Source: Hyphochytrium catenoides
Lineage: Eukaryota > Protista > Hyphochytriomycota
DNA: 48,127 nucleotides
Assembly: GCA_900088475.1 (NCBI GenBank)
Contig: LT578416.1
Span: 1 to 48,127, forward strand
Direction of reading: 5' to 3'
Below are positions 1-11,111 of the stretch, piece after piece; position 1 is the stretch's first letter, and every line of letters starts with the position of its first letter. The position numbers and the translations under genes were made by a program. The notes under the pieces are model-generated. The model worked only from the letters and a program-made list of their open reading frames with translations. It was not told the DNA's origin and searched no databases.

Positions 1-254
1 GTAATTGTTAAATTTTCAAAGATATCTTTGGTTTTTCTTTGGTTTTGAGAAGCGAGTCATGGGATTTGAACCCATTAAAAATGTTGAACCTGATTTTTGT
101 TTTGTCTATAAAGGAAAAAAACTCGCCTTCTTCTTCTATAAAAAAANAAAAAAAAAGTAAAAAAGTATTTTAGAAATTTTAATAAAATCTTTTGAAAAAA
201 CAAGAGAATATCATTTAAATTTCATTGAACACCTTTAATCTTTTTTAAATACTA
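1..254 (-). repeat. End of second inverted-repeat copy (IRb), reverse complement of 5690-5946
   Basis: Base-by-base reverse-complement match to 5690-5946 apart from homopolymer length differences and one N; match stops at 254/5690. Confidence 0.95.
51..126 (-). ncRNA. IRb copy of tRNA-like element 1
   Basis: Reverse complement of 5820-5896. Confidence 0.55.
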
Positions 255-284
255 AAGAAAGCTCATTTTTATTTAATTATGATT

Positions 285-1541
285 TTAATATGCAATTAAA
301 AAATAATAAATAGGAATTACAAAAACAGCAAAAAAATATCGTCGAAGATATTCATAAATATCAAAATAAATGTCAGATGACCGATAAACTAAATATTTTT
401 CTACAAGACCAGTTAATGGCACTAAAATTATAAAAAAAATAAAATAAAATGCAGTTGCAACTTGTCCAATTAAAATGATATAATCTTCTACACCTTGTTG
501 GCCGACCCATCCCAAAAGAATAAAATCTGCAAATAACATCCAATAGAAAATTTTGAAAATAGGGCGAAATGTTGTGCTTCGAACTTCTGAAGTATTTATA
601 AAAGGTAATGCTAATAAAATTAAAATAGAAACAAACATTGCAACAATTCCTCCGATTTTATCCGGAATTGATCGTAAAATTGCATAAAAAGGTAAAAAAT
701 ACCATTCTGGAACAATATGTGCAGGTGTTGATAATGCGTCTGCCATTAAATAATTATCTGGATGTCCTAATACATTTGGTTTAAAACAAATAATTAATAA
801 AAATATAAAAAATAAAGCAATAACACCTAATAAATCTTTAACATAAAAATAAGGATAAAATGGCAAATAATCTGTTTTTGCAGAAATTCCTAAAGGATTA
901 TTAGATCCTGTTTGATGTAATAAGACTAAATGAATAAAAGATAATCCCGCAATAATAAATGGTAAAAAATAATGTAAGCTAAAAAAACGATTTAAAGTTG
1001 GATTATCAATAGCAAAACCACCCCATAACCAAAGAACGATATCTTGACCAATTAAAGGGATCGCAGAAAATAAATTAGTAATTACCGTGGCTCCCCAAAA
1101 AGACATTTGCCCCCATGGTAAAATATATCCCATAAAGCCAGTGGCCATCATTAATAAAAAAATAATAACACCAGAACACCATAATGCTTCACGAGGATAC
1201 ATATAAGAACCATAATAAAGGCCTCGAAAAAGGTGAATATAAACAATCATAAAAAAAAAAGAAGCACCATTTGCATGAGCATAACGAATTAACCAACCAT
1301 ACTCAACATCTCTCATAATATGCTCAACACTACTAAAAGCATAATCAATATGTGGTGTGTAATGCATGGCTAAAAAAATACCTGTAATAATTTGTACAAC
1401 TAACATGATACCAGCTAATGACCCAAAACCATAATAATAGTTTAAATTAGTTGGCGTTGGGTAATCAATAATATGATTATTAATTAAGCTTAATAATGGA
1501 TTATTATTAAAAATGCGGTTTTTAGTATAATTAATATGCAT
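285..1541 (-). CDS. cob: Apocytochrome b
   Basis: [29 protein letters not shown] and PEWYFL motifs; about 30 extra C-terminal residues. Confidence 0.99.
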   Translation of the reverse strand: MHINYTKNRIFNNNPLLSLINNHIIDYPTPTNLNYYYGFGSLAGIMLVVQIITGIFLAMHYTPHIDYAFSSVEHIMRDVEYGWLIRYAHANGASFFFMIVYIHLFRGLYYGSYMYPREALWCSGVIIFLLMMATGFMGYILPWGQMSFWGATVITNLFSAIPLIGQDIVLWLWGGFAIDNPTLNRFFSLHYFLPFIIAGLSFIHLVLLHQTGSNNPLGISAKTDYLPFYPYFYVKDLLGVIALFFIFLLIICFKPNVLGHPDNYLMADALSTPAHIVPEWYFLPFYAILRSIPDKIGGIVAMFVSILILLALPFINTSEVRSTTFRPIFKIFYWMLFADFILLGWVGQQGVEDYIILIGQVATAFYFIFFIILVPLTGLVEKYLVYRSSDIYFDIYEYLRRYFFAVFVIPIYYFLIAY

Positions 1542-1601
1542 GCTAAACTAAAAACCAAAGCACGTACAACATAAATATATCAAAACTATATTTCTAAATT
1601 T

Positions 1602-1898
1602 TTAAAGTTTAAATAACCCGGGAATATTTCCGCGCGATGCAAAATCTTTTAAAAAATGACGTGACATTTTAAATTGACTATAAGTCCCTCGAACACGAGA
1701 CGAAAAAACACAATATTTATATTGTTTTGCAATACTTATATGTCTAAATTTGCTAAGTTTTTTAAATATTTTTTGACGTAATTCCGGTTCTAATTTTTGG
1801 TTTTTATATAAAGATTTATAAATTAAATATTTTATATAATTTTTAAAAAAAATTTCCCGTCTTTTTTTTTCTTTTCTAACAGCTCGTTTAATTAACAT
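1602..1898 (-). CDS. rps14: Ribosomal protein S14
   Basis: Basic 98 aa with C-terminal CVFSSRVRG..FKMSRHFLK..G.IPG pattern. Confidence 0.9.
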   Translation of the reverse strand: MLIKRAVRKEKKRREIFFKNYIKYLIYKSLYKNQKLEPELRQKIFKKLSKFRHISIAKQYKYCVFSSRVRGTYSQFKMSRHFLKDFASRGNIPGLFKL

Positions 1899-1926
1899 GT
1901 TTTTTTAATAATAACTAGATTTTTTA

Positions 1927-2000
1927 TGGAGATAAGCGGACTTGAACCGCTAGCCTTATGTATGCAAAACATACGCTCTACCAAATTAAGCTATACCCCC
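1927..2000 (-). tRNA. trnA: tRNA-Ala(UGC)
   Basis: Cloverleaf, TGC anticodon, G3:U70 pair. Confidence 0.95.
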
Positions 2001-2002
2001 TT

Positions 2003-2075
2003 TAGGTGCATTGGGGATCGAACCCAAGACGTTCAAATTAAAAGTCTGATGCTCTACCAACTGAGCTATACACCT
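2003..2075 (-). tRNA. trnK: tRNA-Lys(UUU)
   Basis: Cloverleaf, loop CTTTTAA. Confidence 0.95.
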
Positions 2076-2131
2076 TGTAAGATTTCAATAATTTTATTGT
2101 AACGACAGCTGAATGTTTGATTATAACAAAA

Positions 2132-2446
2132 TTATGCTTTTAATAAACACATCTCATCAATGGAAATATTCCCTCTTGTTTTTGCATATACTACTAAAAT
2201 AGCTAAACCAATGGCAGATTCTGCTGCAGCGACAGTAATAACAAAAAGAGAAAAAATTTGACCATATAAATTATTTAAGAGAATTGAACTTGCAATTAAA
2301 TTTAAATTTACAGCTAAAAGCATAATTTCAATAGCCATTAGAGTTGCAAGAATACTTTTACGATTAAAAACTATACCTAACACCCCAATTACAAATAATA
2401 TAATGGAAAGTGTTATACATTTTCTAAGAAGTCTCAAAAGAATCAT
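2132..2446 (-). CDS. nad4L: NADH dehydrogenase subunit 4L
   Basis: IEIMLLAVNLN and TVAAAESAIGLAI motifs; start moved to ATG 2446 to avoid overlap with nad1. Confidence 0.95.
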   Translation of the reverse strand: MILLRLLRKCITLSIILFVIGVLGIVFNRKSILATLMAIEIMLLAVNLNLIASSILLNNLYGQIFSLFVITVAAAESAIGLAILVVYAKTRGNISIDEMCLLKA

Positions 2447-2466
2447 CGTGGTTTTTTTATATAAAA

Positions 2467-3459
2467 TTATGAAAGTTGAATTGTAAATATTGTTACAATC
2501 ATTGAAGAGGTAATCATTGTGTAGCCCATGGCAGTCGGTAAGTGAACTTTCCAACCTAATTTCATTAATTGGTCATAACGATAACGAGGAAATGCTGCCC
2601 GAACCCAAATAAAAAGAATTAAAAAACATATTGTTTTTAATGCAAGCCAGCTACAACCTGGAATCCAGGTAAAAGGAAATATATTAAAAAGGGGTAACCA
2701 TCCACCTAAAAACAATATGGAACAAAAAGCACTCATTAAAATCATATTTGAATATTCTCCCAAAAAAAATAAAGCAAATCCCATAGAAGAATATTCTACA
2801 TTATAACCTGCAACAAGTTCAGCTTCCGCTTCAGGCAAATCAAAAGGATGTCTATTTGTTTCAGCTAGCATCGTAATAATAAACATTAAAAATAATGGAA
2901 AAAGATAATAAAAAAAAAAGCCTTGTTTCTGAGTTTCAATAATTTTAGATAAATTTAATGAACCAGTAAACTGCATTATGTTGACAAGAACAAATGCCAT
3001 AGAAATTTCATATGAAATCATTTGTGCTGTAGATCGAAGTGCTCCTAAGAAAGCATATTTTGAATTACTTGCCCAACCTGCAATAATAATACCATAAACA
3101 CCTAAAGAAGACATAGCAAATAAAAACAAAATACCTAAATCAGAATCTACATAATTTGCATCTTTTGTAAAAGGTATTACTGACCAGCTTGTAATACTTA
3201 AAAAAAAAGTCAAAACTGGAGCAAACACAAATAAAAGGATGTTTGCATGGCTTGGTAAAATAGTTTCTTTAACAAATAGTTTTAATCCATCGGCTAAAGG
3301 TTGTAATAAACCAAAAATTCCTACAACATTAGGACCTTTACGTCGTTGCATTCCTGCCATAATTTTTCTTTCTGCAAGAGTCAAATAAGCAACTGCAATT
3401 AAAAGAGGTATTACTATTAGTAAAAATCTAAAAAGTGATTCTATAATTTTAAAAATCAT
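2467..3459 (-). CDS. nad1: NADH dehydrogenase subunit 1
   Basis: [39 protein letters not shown]; ATG overlaps nad11 TGA (ATGA). Confidence 0.99.
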   Translation of the reverse strand: MIFKIIESLFRFLLIVIPLLIAVAYLTLAERKIMAGMQRRKGPNVVGIFGLLQPLADGLKLFVKETILPSHANILLFVFAPVLTFFLSITSWSVIPFTKDANYVDSDLGILFLFAMSSLGVYGIIIAGWASNSKYAFLGALRSTAQMISYEISMAFVLVNIMQFTGSLNLSKIIETQKQGFFFYYLFPLFLMFIITMLAETNRHPFDLPEAEAELVAGYNVEYSSMGFALFFLGEYSNMILMSAFCSILFLGGWLPLFNIFPFTWIPGCSWLALKTICFLILFIWVRAAFPRYRYDQLMKLGWKVHLPTAMGYTMITSSMIVTIFTIQLS

Positions 3460-5444
3460 ATAAAGTTTTTAATATTTTTATTTTCTTTTGTTAATTTAGT
3501 CATAATTTTTGAATTAGATGAAATTAAGTTTGTTTTATAAAAATTTTTTATAGAAAATGTTAAAAATTGTTTTTCATAAATTAATTTTAAATGTAATTTT
3601 TTATTTAAACTTGTAAAACAATAATTATAATTTTTATTTTTATATAATTTTTGGATAAAAGTTAAATGACGAAATAATATTTTAGTTCCAACTATTGAAA
3701 AAAAATCTTTAAAATCAATAGCGTTATTTTTTGTTGGATTAATTATTTTTTTAATTTGTTGACGTAAATCTATAATATTAATATATGAGCCTGTTTTTTG
3801 AAAAGGATTCCAATAAGGTAAAATAATTTTTGTTACTTCTGTATATTCATTTCCAATAAAACTATGGCAAATACTGTATTTTGAATTTACTAATTCTTTT
3901 AATAAAGGTATATTTTTTTTATGTATATTTATAAAATAAACAAAATCACTTGTTTTTTTTGGCGTAAACATATTAATTCCTAATTCCATTTGATTAATTA
4001 AAGAACTTGTTTGAGAAATAAAATTTATTATATTTTTTTTTTTTTTACTATAAATACGAAATTGAATTTCTTTTAATAAATAAGAAATAGATTTTAAATT
4101 ATTATGGTATCCAATGAAAATTTGCGGGTTTTTTGCTTTTACTAATTGTTGACAAATTTTATGTTTACCTTCTGCAATTTGTTTTAACAGTTCTGTTGAA
4201 AGTCCGTATTGTTGCATTGGGTATGTATTTTTTAAAAAATTCCCGATATATACAATTGTTGTAACATTTTCTGTAATATTTTTTTTAATTTTAATATTTA
4301 AATTTGGAATTTCATAACGTAAATTAGAAGATATAATTAAAATAAAATCACTTGTTTCAGCCATTTCAAAATTATTTGGGAATTTATAATTAAATTCAAA
4401 ATCATAATTATTCATGTTTAAAGAGACACTTTGAATTGATTCAACTCCTAAAGAATAACCTAAATGTTGAAAGAATGCTAATGATTCTAAATCTAAATCG
4501 TTGTCGCAAATAAAACGAAATTGTGTTTTTTTATATTTTTTACAAGAATTTATTTCGTTAAGCAGTAAAAAAAAATTTAGACTTGTTTTTTTTTTCGTTA
4601 ATGTTTGTTTAAAAAAACATGAAGAAATTTGTTGTGTTTTTAAGCCATCAAAAAAATAACGTGCTTTATCTGTAATCCAAACATCATTTATATGTGGACA
4701 AGATTTCGGAGAAATACGAACAATTTCATTATTAAAAATATCGATTTTAATATTTGCTCCTGCAGCATCATTTAAATCGAAAGAATAATAAGATGTTAAA
4801 TCCCACGGACGTGCTAAAAAAGCATATGGTTTTGATGTTAATGCACCAACAGGGCATAAATCAATAATATTACCAGATAATTCATTTTTTAAAATATGAT
4901 TAATATAAAAACCAATTTCTGTTGAAACTCCACGACCAGATGTTCCTAAAGTACCATCACCTGCAATTTGTTCAATAAATCTAACACAACGGGTACATTG
5001 AATGCATCTTGTCATAACTGTTTTAATTATGGCATTAAAATATTTATCTTCTACCACTCTTTTATTTTTATGATAAAAACGCGTACGATCAGAACCATAC
5101 ATAAAAGTTTGATCTTGTAAATCACATTCACCTCCTTGGTCACAAATCGGACAATCTAGTGGATGGTTTATTAATAAAAATTCTAAAACGCTTTCTCTTG
5201 CTTTTCGAACTAAAGGTGTATTTGTATATATAACCATGTTATCTCCTGCAGGCATGGAGCAAGAAACGATTGGTTTAGGAAATTTTTCTATTTCAACTAA
5301 ACACATTCTACAATTTCCAGCAACAAAAAGTTCTTTATGATAACAAAATCTTGGGATATCTTCTTTTAAATATTCACAAACTTGTAAAACGCTATTTCCT
5401 TTATTTACTAAAAGAATTTTATTATTAATTGTAATCGTTATCAT
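3456..5444 (-). CDS. nad11: NADH dehydrogenase subunit 11 (NuoG/75 kDa homolog), unsplit
   Basis: [42 protein letters not shown] Fe-S motifs; track start 5525 lies inside trnS, so ATG 5444 chosen (5474 possible). Confidence 0.96.
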   Translation of the reverse strand: MITITINNKILLVNKGNSVLQVCEYLKEDIPRFCYHKELFVAGNCRMCLVEIEKFPKPIVSCSMPAGDNMVIYTNTPLVRKARESVLEFLLINHPLDCPICDQGGECDLQDQTFMYGSDRTRFYHKNKRVVEDKYFNAIIKTVMTRCIQCTRCVRFIEQIAGDGTLGTSGRGVSTEIGFYINHILKNELSGNIIDLCPVGALTSKPYAFLARPWDLTSYYSFDLNDAAGANIKIDIFNNEIVRISPKSCPHINDVWITDKARYFFDGLKTQQISSCFFKQTLTKKKTSLNFFLLLNEINSCKKYKKTQFRFICDNDLDLESLAFFQHLGYSLGVESIQSVSLNMNNYDFEFNYKFPNNFEMAETSDFILIISSNLRYEIPNLNIKIKKNITENVTTIVYIGNFLKNTYPMQQYGLSTELLKQIAEGKHKICQQLVKAKNPQIFIGYHNNLKSISYLLKEIQFRIYSKKKKNIINFISQTSSLINQMELGINMFTPKKTSDFVYFINIHKKNIPLLKELVNSKYSICHSFIGNEYTEVTKIILPYWNPFQKTGSYINIIDLRQQIKKIINPTKNNAIDFKDFFSIVGTKILFRHLTFIQKLYKNKNYNYCFTSLNKKLHLKLIYEKQFLTFSIKNFYKTNLISSNSKIMTKLTKENKNIKNFI

Positions 5445-5495
5445 TTTAAAATAAAATTTTAGTTTTTTTATCATAAAAATACAATATTTTTGAAT

Positions 5496-5582
5496 TGAAA
5501 AGGATGGGATTCGAACCCATGACATATAAATATATGTTTTGGTTTAGCAAACCAACACTTTCAACCGCTCAGTCACCTTTTC
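5496..5582 (-). tRNA. trnS: tRNA-Ser(GCU)
   Basis: Cloverleaf with long variable arm, GCT anticodon. Confidence 0.95.
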
Positions 5583-5595
5583 TTTTTAAGTTTAT

Positions 5596-5677
5596 TGAAA
5601 GGGGCAGGATTCGAACCTGCGTAGACAATGTCAATAGATTTACAGTCTATCGCTTTTAACCACTCAGCCACCCTTTC
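5596..5677 (-). tRNA. trnY: tRNA-Tyr(GUA)
   Basis: Cloverleaf with long variable arm, loop CTGTAAA. Confidence 0.95.
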
Positions 5678-5819
5678 TTTCTAATATAATAGTATTTAAA
5701 AAAGATTAAAGGTGTTCAATGAAATTTAAATGATATTCTCTTGTTTTTTCAAAAGATTTTATTAAAATTTCTAAAATACTTTTTTACTTTTTTTTTTTCT
5801 TTTTTTATAGAAGAAGAAG

Positions 5820-5896
5820 GCGAGTTTTTTTTCCTTTATAGACAAAACAAAAATCAGGTTCAACATTTTTAATGGGTTCAAATCCCATGACTCGCT
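5820..5896 (+). ncRNA. tRNA-like element 1 (Gly-type acceptor stem, non-canonical D/anticodon arms)
   Basis: Acceptor GCGAGTT/GACTCGC+T; T-arm ATGGG-TTCAAAT-CCCAT; middle arm AAAAAT/ATTTTT with 10-nt loop. Confidence 0.6.
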
Positions 5897-5963
5897 TCTC
5901 AAAACCAAAGAAAAACCAAAGATATCTTTGAAAATTTAACAATTACAACAACTACCTCAAACA

Positions 5964-6323
5964 ATGCCTCAATTTGATCATTTAACCTTTGCCAGTCAGC
6001 TTTTTTGGTTTTGTACTATTTTCTCCGCTTTTTTTTTAATTTTGACTTATTTATTTTCGCCTGTATTAAGTTTATATGTGAAACTATCACAAAAAAAAAT
6101 AAAATCTCATTTTAATTTTTTGTTAAAACAAGTTTTAAATTTTTTATTTACGATTTCAGTATTTTTATTTCGTTCAAAAAAATTAAATGAGTTTAAACTT
6201 TTTAAAATTTTATTTTTTTCTAGTGTATTATTTTTTAATATTAAAGAAAGTGAAACATTTGAATTTCAAAATAAGAACATCGAGATAAAGCATGAAATTT
6301 TACTAAATCATTTAAAAAAATAA
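5964..6323 (+). CDS. atp8: ATP synthase subunit 8
   Basis: N-terminal MPQFD..F.SQ.FW followed by TM helix and basic region. Confidence 0.9.
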   Translation: MPQFDHLTFASQLFWFCTIFSAFFLILTYLFSPVLSLYVKLSQKKIKSHFNFLLKQVLNFLFTISVFLFRSKKLNEFKLFKILFFSSVLFFNIKESETFEFQNKNIEIKHEILLNHLKK

Positions 6324-6372
6324 ATTTTGCACATTGCCGTATTTATCGATGATTTAACTTTTAAAAATGTTT
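6317..6372 (+). repeat. ~56-bp dispersed repeat after atp8 stop (copy at 38938-38993)
   Basis: aaaataaattttgcacatt.c.gtat.tatcgatgatttaacttttaaaaatgttt, 3 mismatches between copies. Confidence 0.9.
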
Positions 6373-6587
6373 CATGAAACTTAAATGATATGAGATTTTA
6401 ATTTTTTTTTCCAAACAACTTTTTTAAGTATTCTTTTCTTTTATCTCTTTTTTAATTTTAAATTAAACCTTCTATTAAAGAACCAATGATAATTTGTTCT
6501 AATTTAAGTATTTTCTGGATTCCAGTCCCAGCGTTGGTCAATAGATGGCAAAGATATCGTTGAATTCCTTTTTCTAAAAAAACTCGC

Positions 6588-7373
6588 ATGTTTTTTAAAG
6601 TAATAAAACAACTTATTTTTTCAAATAAGTTTAAAATATTTCTTCTTTTAAATGTAATTAACATAATTTGTGTCTTGGTTCTATTCAATGATATAACGAG
6701 CATTTTCGAAAAACTTCAAAACTTTTTTGAAAAAAATCAAGAGACTCCGACAGGATCGGAAGTTTTAGAAGAAACTGTTCAAACAGCTGAAATAAATGAA
6801 ACAAATGAAATAAAACCAAAGGAACAAGAAAACGAGTCGGAGGTAAAACAAACCAAAGAATCATTGATCACCAAACTCAAAAAATATGCTCCTTATGTCA
6901 TCGGTGGCATCTTCATAATGGCTGCGGGATATGCGGGATACCATTTTTTTTGTAATAGTGGAAATGATGGTGGTGGTGGTGGTCCCGATTTTTCACCTAG
7001 CGAGAACATACTGTCGGAAAGCTCAGCAGAAATGACAGAAGAAATAAGACTAATTCCAGAACTGCCACTGAATTTTGTTGATCTTCGAGAAGGTTTTCCT
7101 CCTGGTACTCGAAAGGCTATGGTGTCTATCTTAAAGTATTTACAAGTCGTTACAGCTAGAGAAGACATTGATCAGATTGCTGCTATAGGTAGATACGAGT
7201 ACGCCCTTTGGAAAAATACAGATATCTCGGACTATGAGTCGAAAGAAGATTTAGATGAGCCGCTTATCCCTGAGAATTATGACTTAGACTCATTGGATGA
7301 CGAGCAAATCATAGCATTAATGAAAAAGTTACCATTGTGGGAATTCTGGGAAAATATAGACAAATTCAGATAA
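6588..7373 (+). CDS. Orphan ORF261, two predicted TM helices, paralog of ORF704
   Basis: 261-codon ORF; shares a 190-nt cassette and N-terminal TM with ORF704; acidic tail. Confidence 0.7.
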   Translation: MFFKVIKQLIFSNKFKIFLLLNVINIICVLVLFNDITSIFEKLQNFFEKNQETPTGSEVLEETVQTAEINETNEIKPKEQENESEVKQTKESLITKLKKYAPYVIGGIFIMAAGYAGYHFFCNSGNDGGGGGPDFSPSENILSESSAEMTEEIRLIPELPLNFVDLREGFPPGTRKAMVSILKYLQVVTAREDIDQIAAIGRYEYALWKNTDISDYESKEDLDEPLIPENYDLDSLDDEQIIALMKKLPLWEFWENIDKFR

Positions 7374-7374
7374 A

Positions 7375-7446
7375 GGTGGGATAGTTTAATTGGTAGAACA
7401 ATGGATTCATGCTCCATGAGTAGGGGTTCAAGTCCCTTTTCCATCG
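7375..7446 (+). tRNA. trnM: tRNA-Met(CAU), elongator type
   Basis: Cloverleaf, CAT anticodon, paired 1:72, lacks initiator D-stem. Confidence 0.9.
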
Positions 7447-7468
7447 CATGGAAAATAACAAGATATAA

Positions 7469-7864
<396 letters not shown>

Positions 7865-7869
7865 TTGTA

Positions 7870-8232
7870 ACATCTTCTTCTAAAAAGACAAAAAAAGAAT
7901 TTAGAACCCATTCTCAATTAAGTTTACTAAAAAACTTAAAAGTTGTTAAAAAGAAAAAAAAAAAAACATGTTTTTGTAAAACGAAATCTGTCTGATATTT
8001 TTTTATGGCATTTTTTATACCATTATTTATTGAAAACACATCAAAAATATTCTGTTATTCATTTTTTTAATCTTTTAAGTTATTTAATAACGCCGACCCT
8101 ACATAAATATAAACAATATTTGATAAAAAAACATGTTTTAAAATTAGTGTTAATTTCTTTACTTCCAAAGACCAAATATTGATATATTGATAACCCTCTT
8201 AGATCGAACTTTTAAACAACCTTTCTCTTTAT
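7870..8232 (+). repeat. Duplicated 3' end of rps3 plus spacer (direct copy of 26671-27032); rps3 gene fragment
   Basis: ~363 bp with 3 substitutions and one extra A in a poly-A run relative to 26671-27032. Confidence 0.95.
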
Positions 8233-8243
8233 TAATAAAACCA

Positions 8244-10301
8244 ATGATGATTAAAAGCCTTATCGGATTTCTTAGAAAAGTCTTTTTTATAATTAGTACA
8301 TTTACTATAAAAAACAAATGGAGTGTAATTATTCTATTTAACATTCTTAACATGATTTGTGTGTTGGCTATATTAAATGATCTCACAGTCATGGGCCTTT
8401 TCGAAAAACTTCAAAACTTTTTCGAAAACAATCAAGAGACTCCGACAAGATCGGAAGTTTTAGAAGAAACTGTTCAAACAGCTGAAATAAATGAAACAAA
8501 TGAAATAAAACCAAAGGAACAAGAAAACGAGTCGGAGGTAAAACAAACCAAAGAATCATTGACCACCAAACTCAAAAAACATGCTCCCACGATCATTTGT
8601 GGCCTTTTAGGGGTGGCTGGACTTGTATTCCTTGGCATATGTATTTATCAATATACTTCTGGTGGTGGTGCAGATGTTCCACCTTCTCCACCTTCTCCAC
8701 CTTCTCCACCTTCTTCACAGGTGCCATCAGGTTCTAGAGGTTTGGGGGATCTTCTAGTCGTTTCAGAACAAAACGCGCGTCTTCGAACGAGATTTATGAT
8801 TATGCAGGATATGCAGGATATGCAGGATCTTCCGGCAACTGAGAGAACTCAGGAAATGGAGGAAACGACGCAAGATCTTCCGGAGATACCGGATATTTTG
8901 AAGATTGACGTCATTGGGCCTATTCCAGAAAAGGAGGTTTCTGTTTCAGAACAAAACGCGCGTCTTCGAGAGAAACTTCTGGCGCTGGATGAATATCTGA
9001 CGTTTGACTACACGGGGCCTATTCCAGAAACGACGCAAGATCTTCCGGCAACTGAGGAAGCTCAGGAAACTGAGGAGATTGTAGACATGGAGCAGGTGCT
9101 TGAAAAGATTGAGAAAGATCTAAAACGATATGATAATATTGAACATCTGCGAGTGATGCAGGAAAATGTTCAGAGTAACCCGGAGCTTCACGAATGTCCG
9201 GAGGTTCAGCAACGTATTTTGGATTATATTTATGAACGTATTGAAGAATGTATTGAAAATCAGGGGCTTCGTCAAGATACTCGGGAGATAAAGAAGCTGA
9301 TTGAGTCGGTTGAGGAAGAGCTGAAGGGAGATCATAGTCTTGAACGTCTGAAGAAGATGGAGAATGAGTTGATGAAGAACCCGCTGGTTCAACTTTGGCC
9401 GGAGGCTCAGGAAATCCTTGAGGATAAATTTCTGGAACGTTATAAAGAATGTGAGAAGAAGCTGAATCTTCCGGCAACTGAGGAAATGGAGGAAACTGAG
9501 GAGGAAATGGAGGAAACTGAGGAGGATCTTCCGGCAACGGAGGACCTTACAGAAACTCAGCAAACGGAGCTGCTTGAGTCGATTGAGGAAGAGCTGAAGC
9601 GATATCGTAATATTGAACATCTGCGAGAGATGCAGGAATTTGTTAAGAAGAACCCACAATTACAAAATTGTCCGCAACTTCGGGAACGTATTCTTGATTG
9701 TATTCACGAACGTATTGAATACTGTCTTGATAAGAAGGGGCTTGCAGAAATTCGAGTATATGGTCGTGAAGAGCTGAAAGAACATACTCAACAATATTAT
9801 GGTGAAAAAGGGATACCTGAATCGGAAATGTCTTCTATGGATCGGTATGAGAGGTATCTTGAAGGGGCTCGGGCACGTTTTCCTATACTTCAGGAAATTC
9901 AAGAAATTCTAAAGATTCCTCGTATTCTTGAGATTCCGGGTATAAAGGAGATTTTAAATGTTAATATGGATGAGGTGCCCGATCTTCAGGAAATTCAGGA
10001 TATTGAATTGCTTCAGGACATTCTGAAACAGTTTAAAGAGCTTCCAATCAGTCAACTTTGGCCGGAGGTTCAGGAATGTATTGAGGACTATCTTGAGGAA
10101 CTTCTCTCTGAAGAGGATTTTAATAAGTTTCAGCAAGAGATTCAGAAGATGCTAAAAAAAATGCAGCGGGAGCGAGACTCGTCTGAGCTAGAGGATGAGC
10201 TATTTGATTTCGAGGAAGCGGTTCATCAAGATCTCTTAAGGCGGGTTCGAGAAACTGGCGATGTAAGTATTCTTACTCGATATTATATGAGGTCTAAATA
10301 A
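8244..10301 (+). CDS. Orphan ORF704 (685 aa from first ATG): two TM helices, Pro linker, acidic helical repeats
   Basis: 2.1 kb uninterrupted frame; TTG at 8187, first ATG at 8244; internal ~60-aa repeats; visibly GC-richer codons (GAG, CTG, CCG, CAG). Confidence 0.75.
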   Translation: MMIKSLIGFLRKVFFIISTFTIKNKWSVIILFNILNMICVLAILNDLTVMGLFEKLQNFFENNQETPTRSEVLEETVQTAEINETNEIKPKEQENESEVKQTKESLTTKLKKHAPTIICGLLGVAGLVFLGICIYQYTSGGGADVPPSPPSPPSPPSSQVPSGSRGLGDLLVVSEQNARLRTRFMIMQDMQDMQDLPATERTQEMEETTQDLPEIPDILKIDVIGPIPEKEVSVSEQNARLREKLLALDEYLTFDYTGPIPETTQDLPATEEAQETEEIVDMEQVLEKIEKDLKRYDNIEHLRVMQENVQSNPELHECPEVQQRILDYIYERIEECIENQGLRQDTREIKKLIESVEEELKGDHSLERLKKMENELMKNPLVQLWPEAQEILEDKFLERYKECEKKLNLPATEEMEETEEEMEETEEDLPATEDLTETQQTELLESIEEELKRYRNIEHLREMQEFVKKNPQLQNCPQLRERILDCIHERIEYCLDKKGLAEIRVYGREELKEHTQQYYGEKGIPESEMSSMDRYERYLEGARARFPILQEIQEILKIPRILEIPGIKEILNVNMDEVPDLQEIQDIELLQDILKQFKELPISQLWPEVQECIEDYLEELLSEEDFNKFQQEIQKMLKKMQRERDSSELEDELFDFEEAVHQDLLRRVRETGDVSILTRYYMRSK

Positions 10302-10343
10302 AAAGGACAAAGACATCACATGATTCCGGGAGATCGCGAATAT

Positions 10344-10417
10344 GGCGAATATGGCTTAATCGGTAGAGTTTTAGTTTGTGATACTAACGTGTGCGGGTTC
10401 GAGTCCCGTTATTCGCC
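10344..10417 (+). tRNA. trnH: tRNA-His(GUG)
   Basis: Cloverleaf, GTG anticodon, encoded G-1 opposite C73. Confidence 0.95.
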
Positions 10418-10495
10418 ACACAAAAAAGAAAGTTATTTTGTTTTATATATGGGAGTCATTTAGGTTTTTTTTTGGAAAACTTTCAAGTTTTTGAT

Positions 10496-10857
10496 TTTAC
10501 TTCGAGTTTGATTCTGGCTCTGAATGAACGCTAGTGACATGCTTAACACATGCAAGTTGAATGATATGACAATTGTTATATGTTATATCATAGCGAACGG
10601 GTGAGTAATATATGGGAATCTACCTTACACATTGGGATAATCATACTGGCATGTTTAAATGTTTCTAAAATTTTTATGAAATGTTGAACTTGTTGGGAGT
10701 TGACTGAAACCGTAAGGCGCCGGTCAAGTGAAAATACCAAATAAACTTAAAAAGTAAAGGACAAGTTCCGGTGTAAGATGAGCCCGTAGAGGATTAGGTT
10801 GTTGGTAAGGTAAAGGCTTACCAAGCCTGTGATCCTTAGCTGGTCTGAAAGGATGAA

Positions 10858-10890
<33 letters not shown>

Positions 10891-11072
10891 TCGTTTGAAG
10901 GCAGCAGTGGGGAATCTTGGACAATGGGCGCAAGCTTGATCCAGCAATGTCACGTGAAGGACCAATAAATTTTTCGCCTGGAAGGATTTCATTGGAAATT
11001 GACGACTAAGTCGTAAACTTCGATCATCAAGGAGGAACATGACAGTACTTAGATGAAAGTCCCGGCAAACCT

Positions 11073-11111
<39 letters not shown>

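Noticed and set aside
3456-3459. UGA-to-Trp or other code change
   Set aside because: TGA ends nad11, rps2, rps3, rps13 and nad4, conserved Trp residues use TGG, and trnW has CCA
9019-10136. Antisense ORFs inside ORF704
   Set aside because: By-products of the repetitive, GC-richer sense frame
10336-10353. GCGAATATG duplication at the trnH 5' end as an integration-site signature for ORF704
   Set aside because: Similar short tandem duplications occur elsewhere (e.g. ~12366, ~22749, ~22902), so slippage suffices, and no matching repeat is seen at the other end of the ORF
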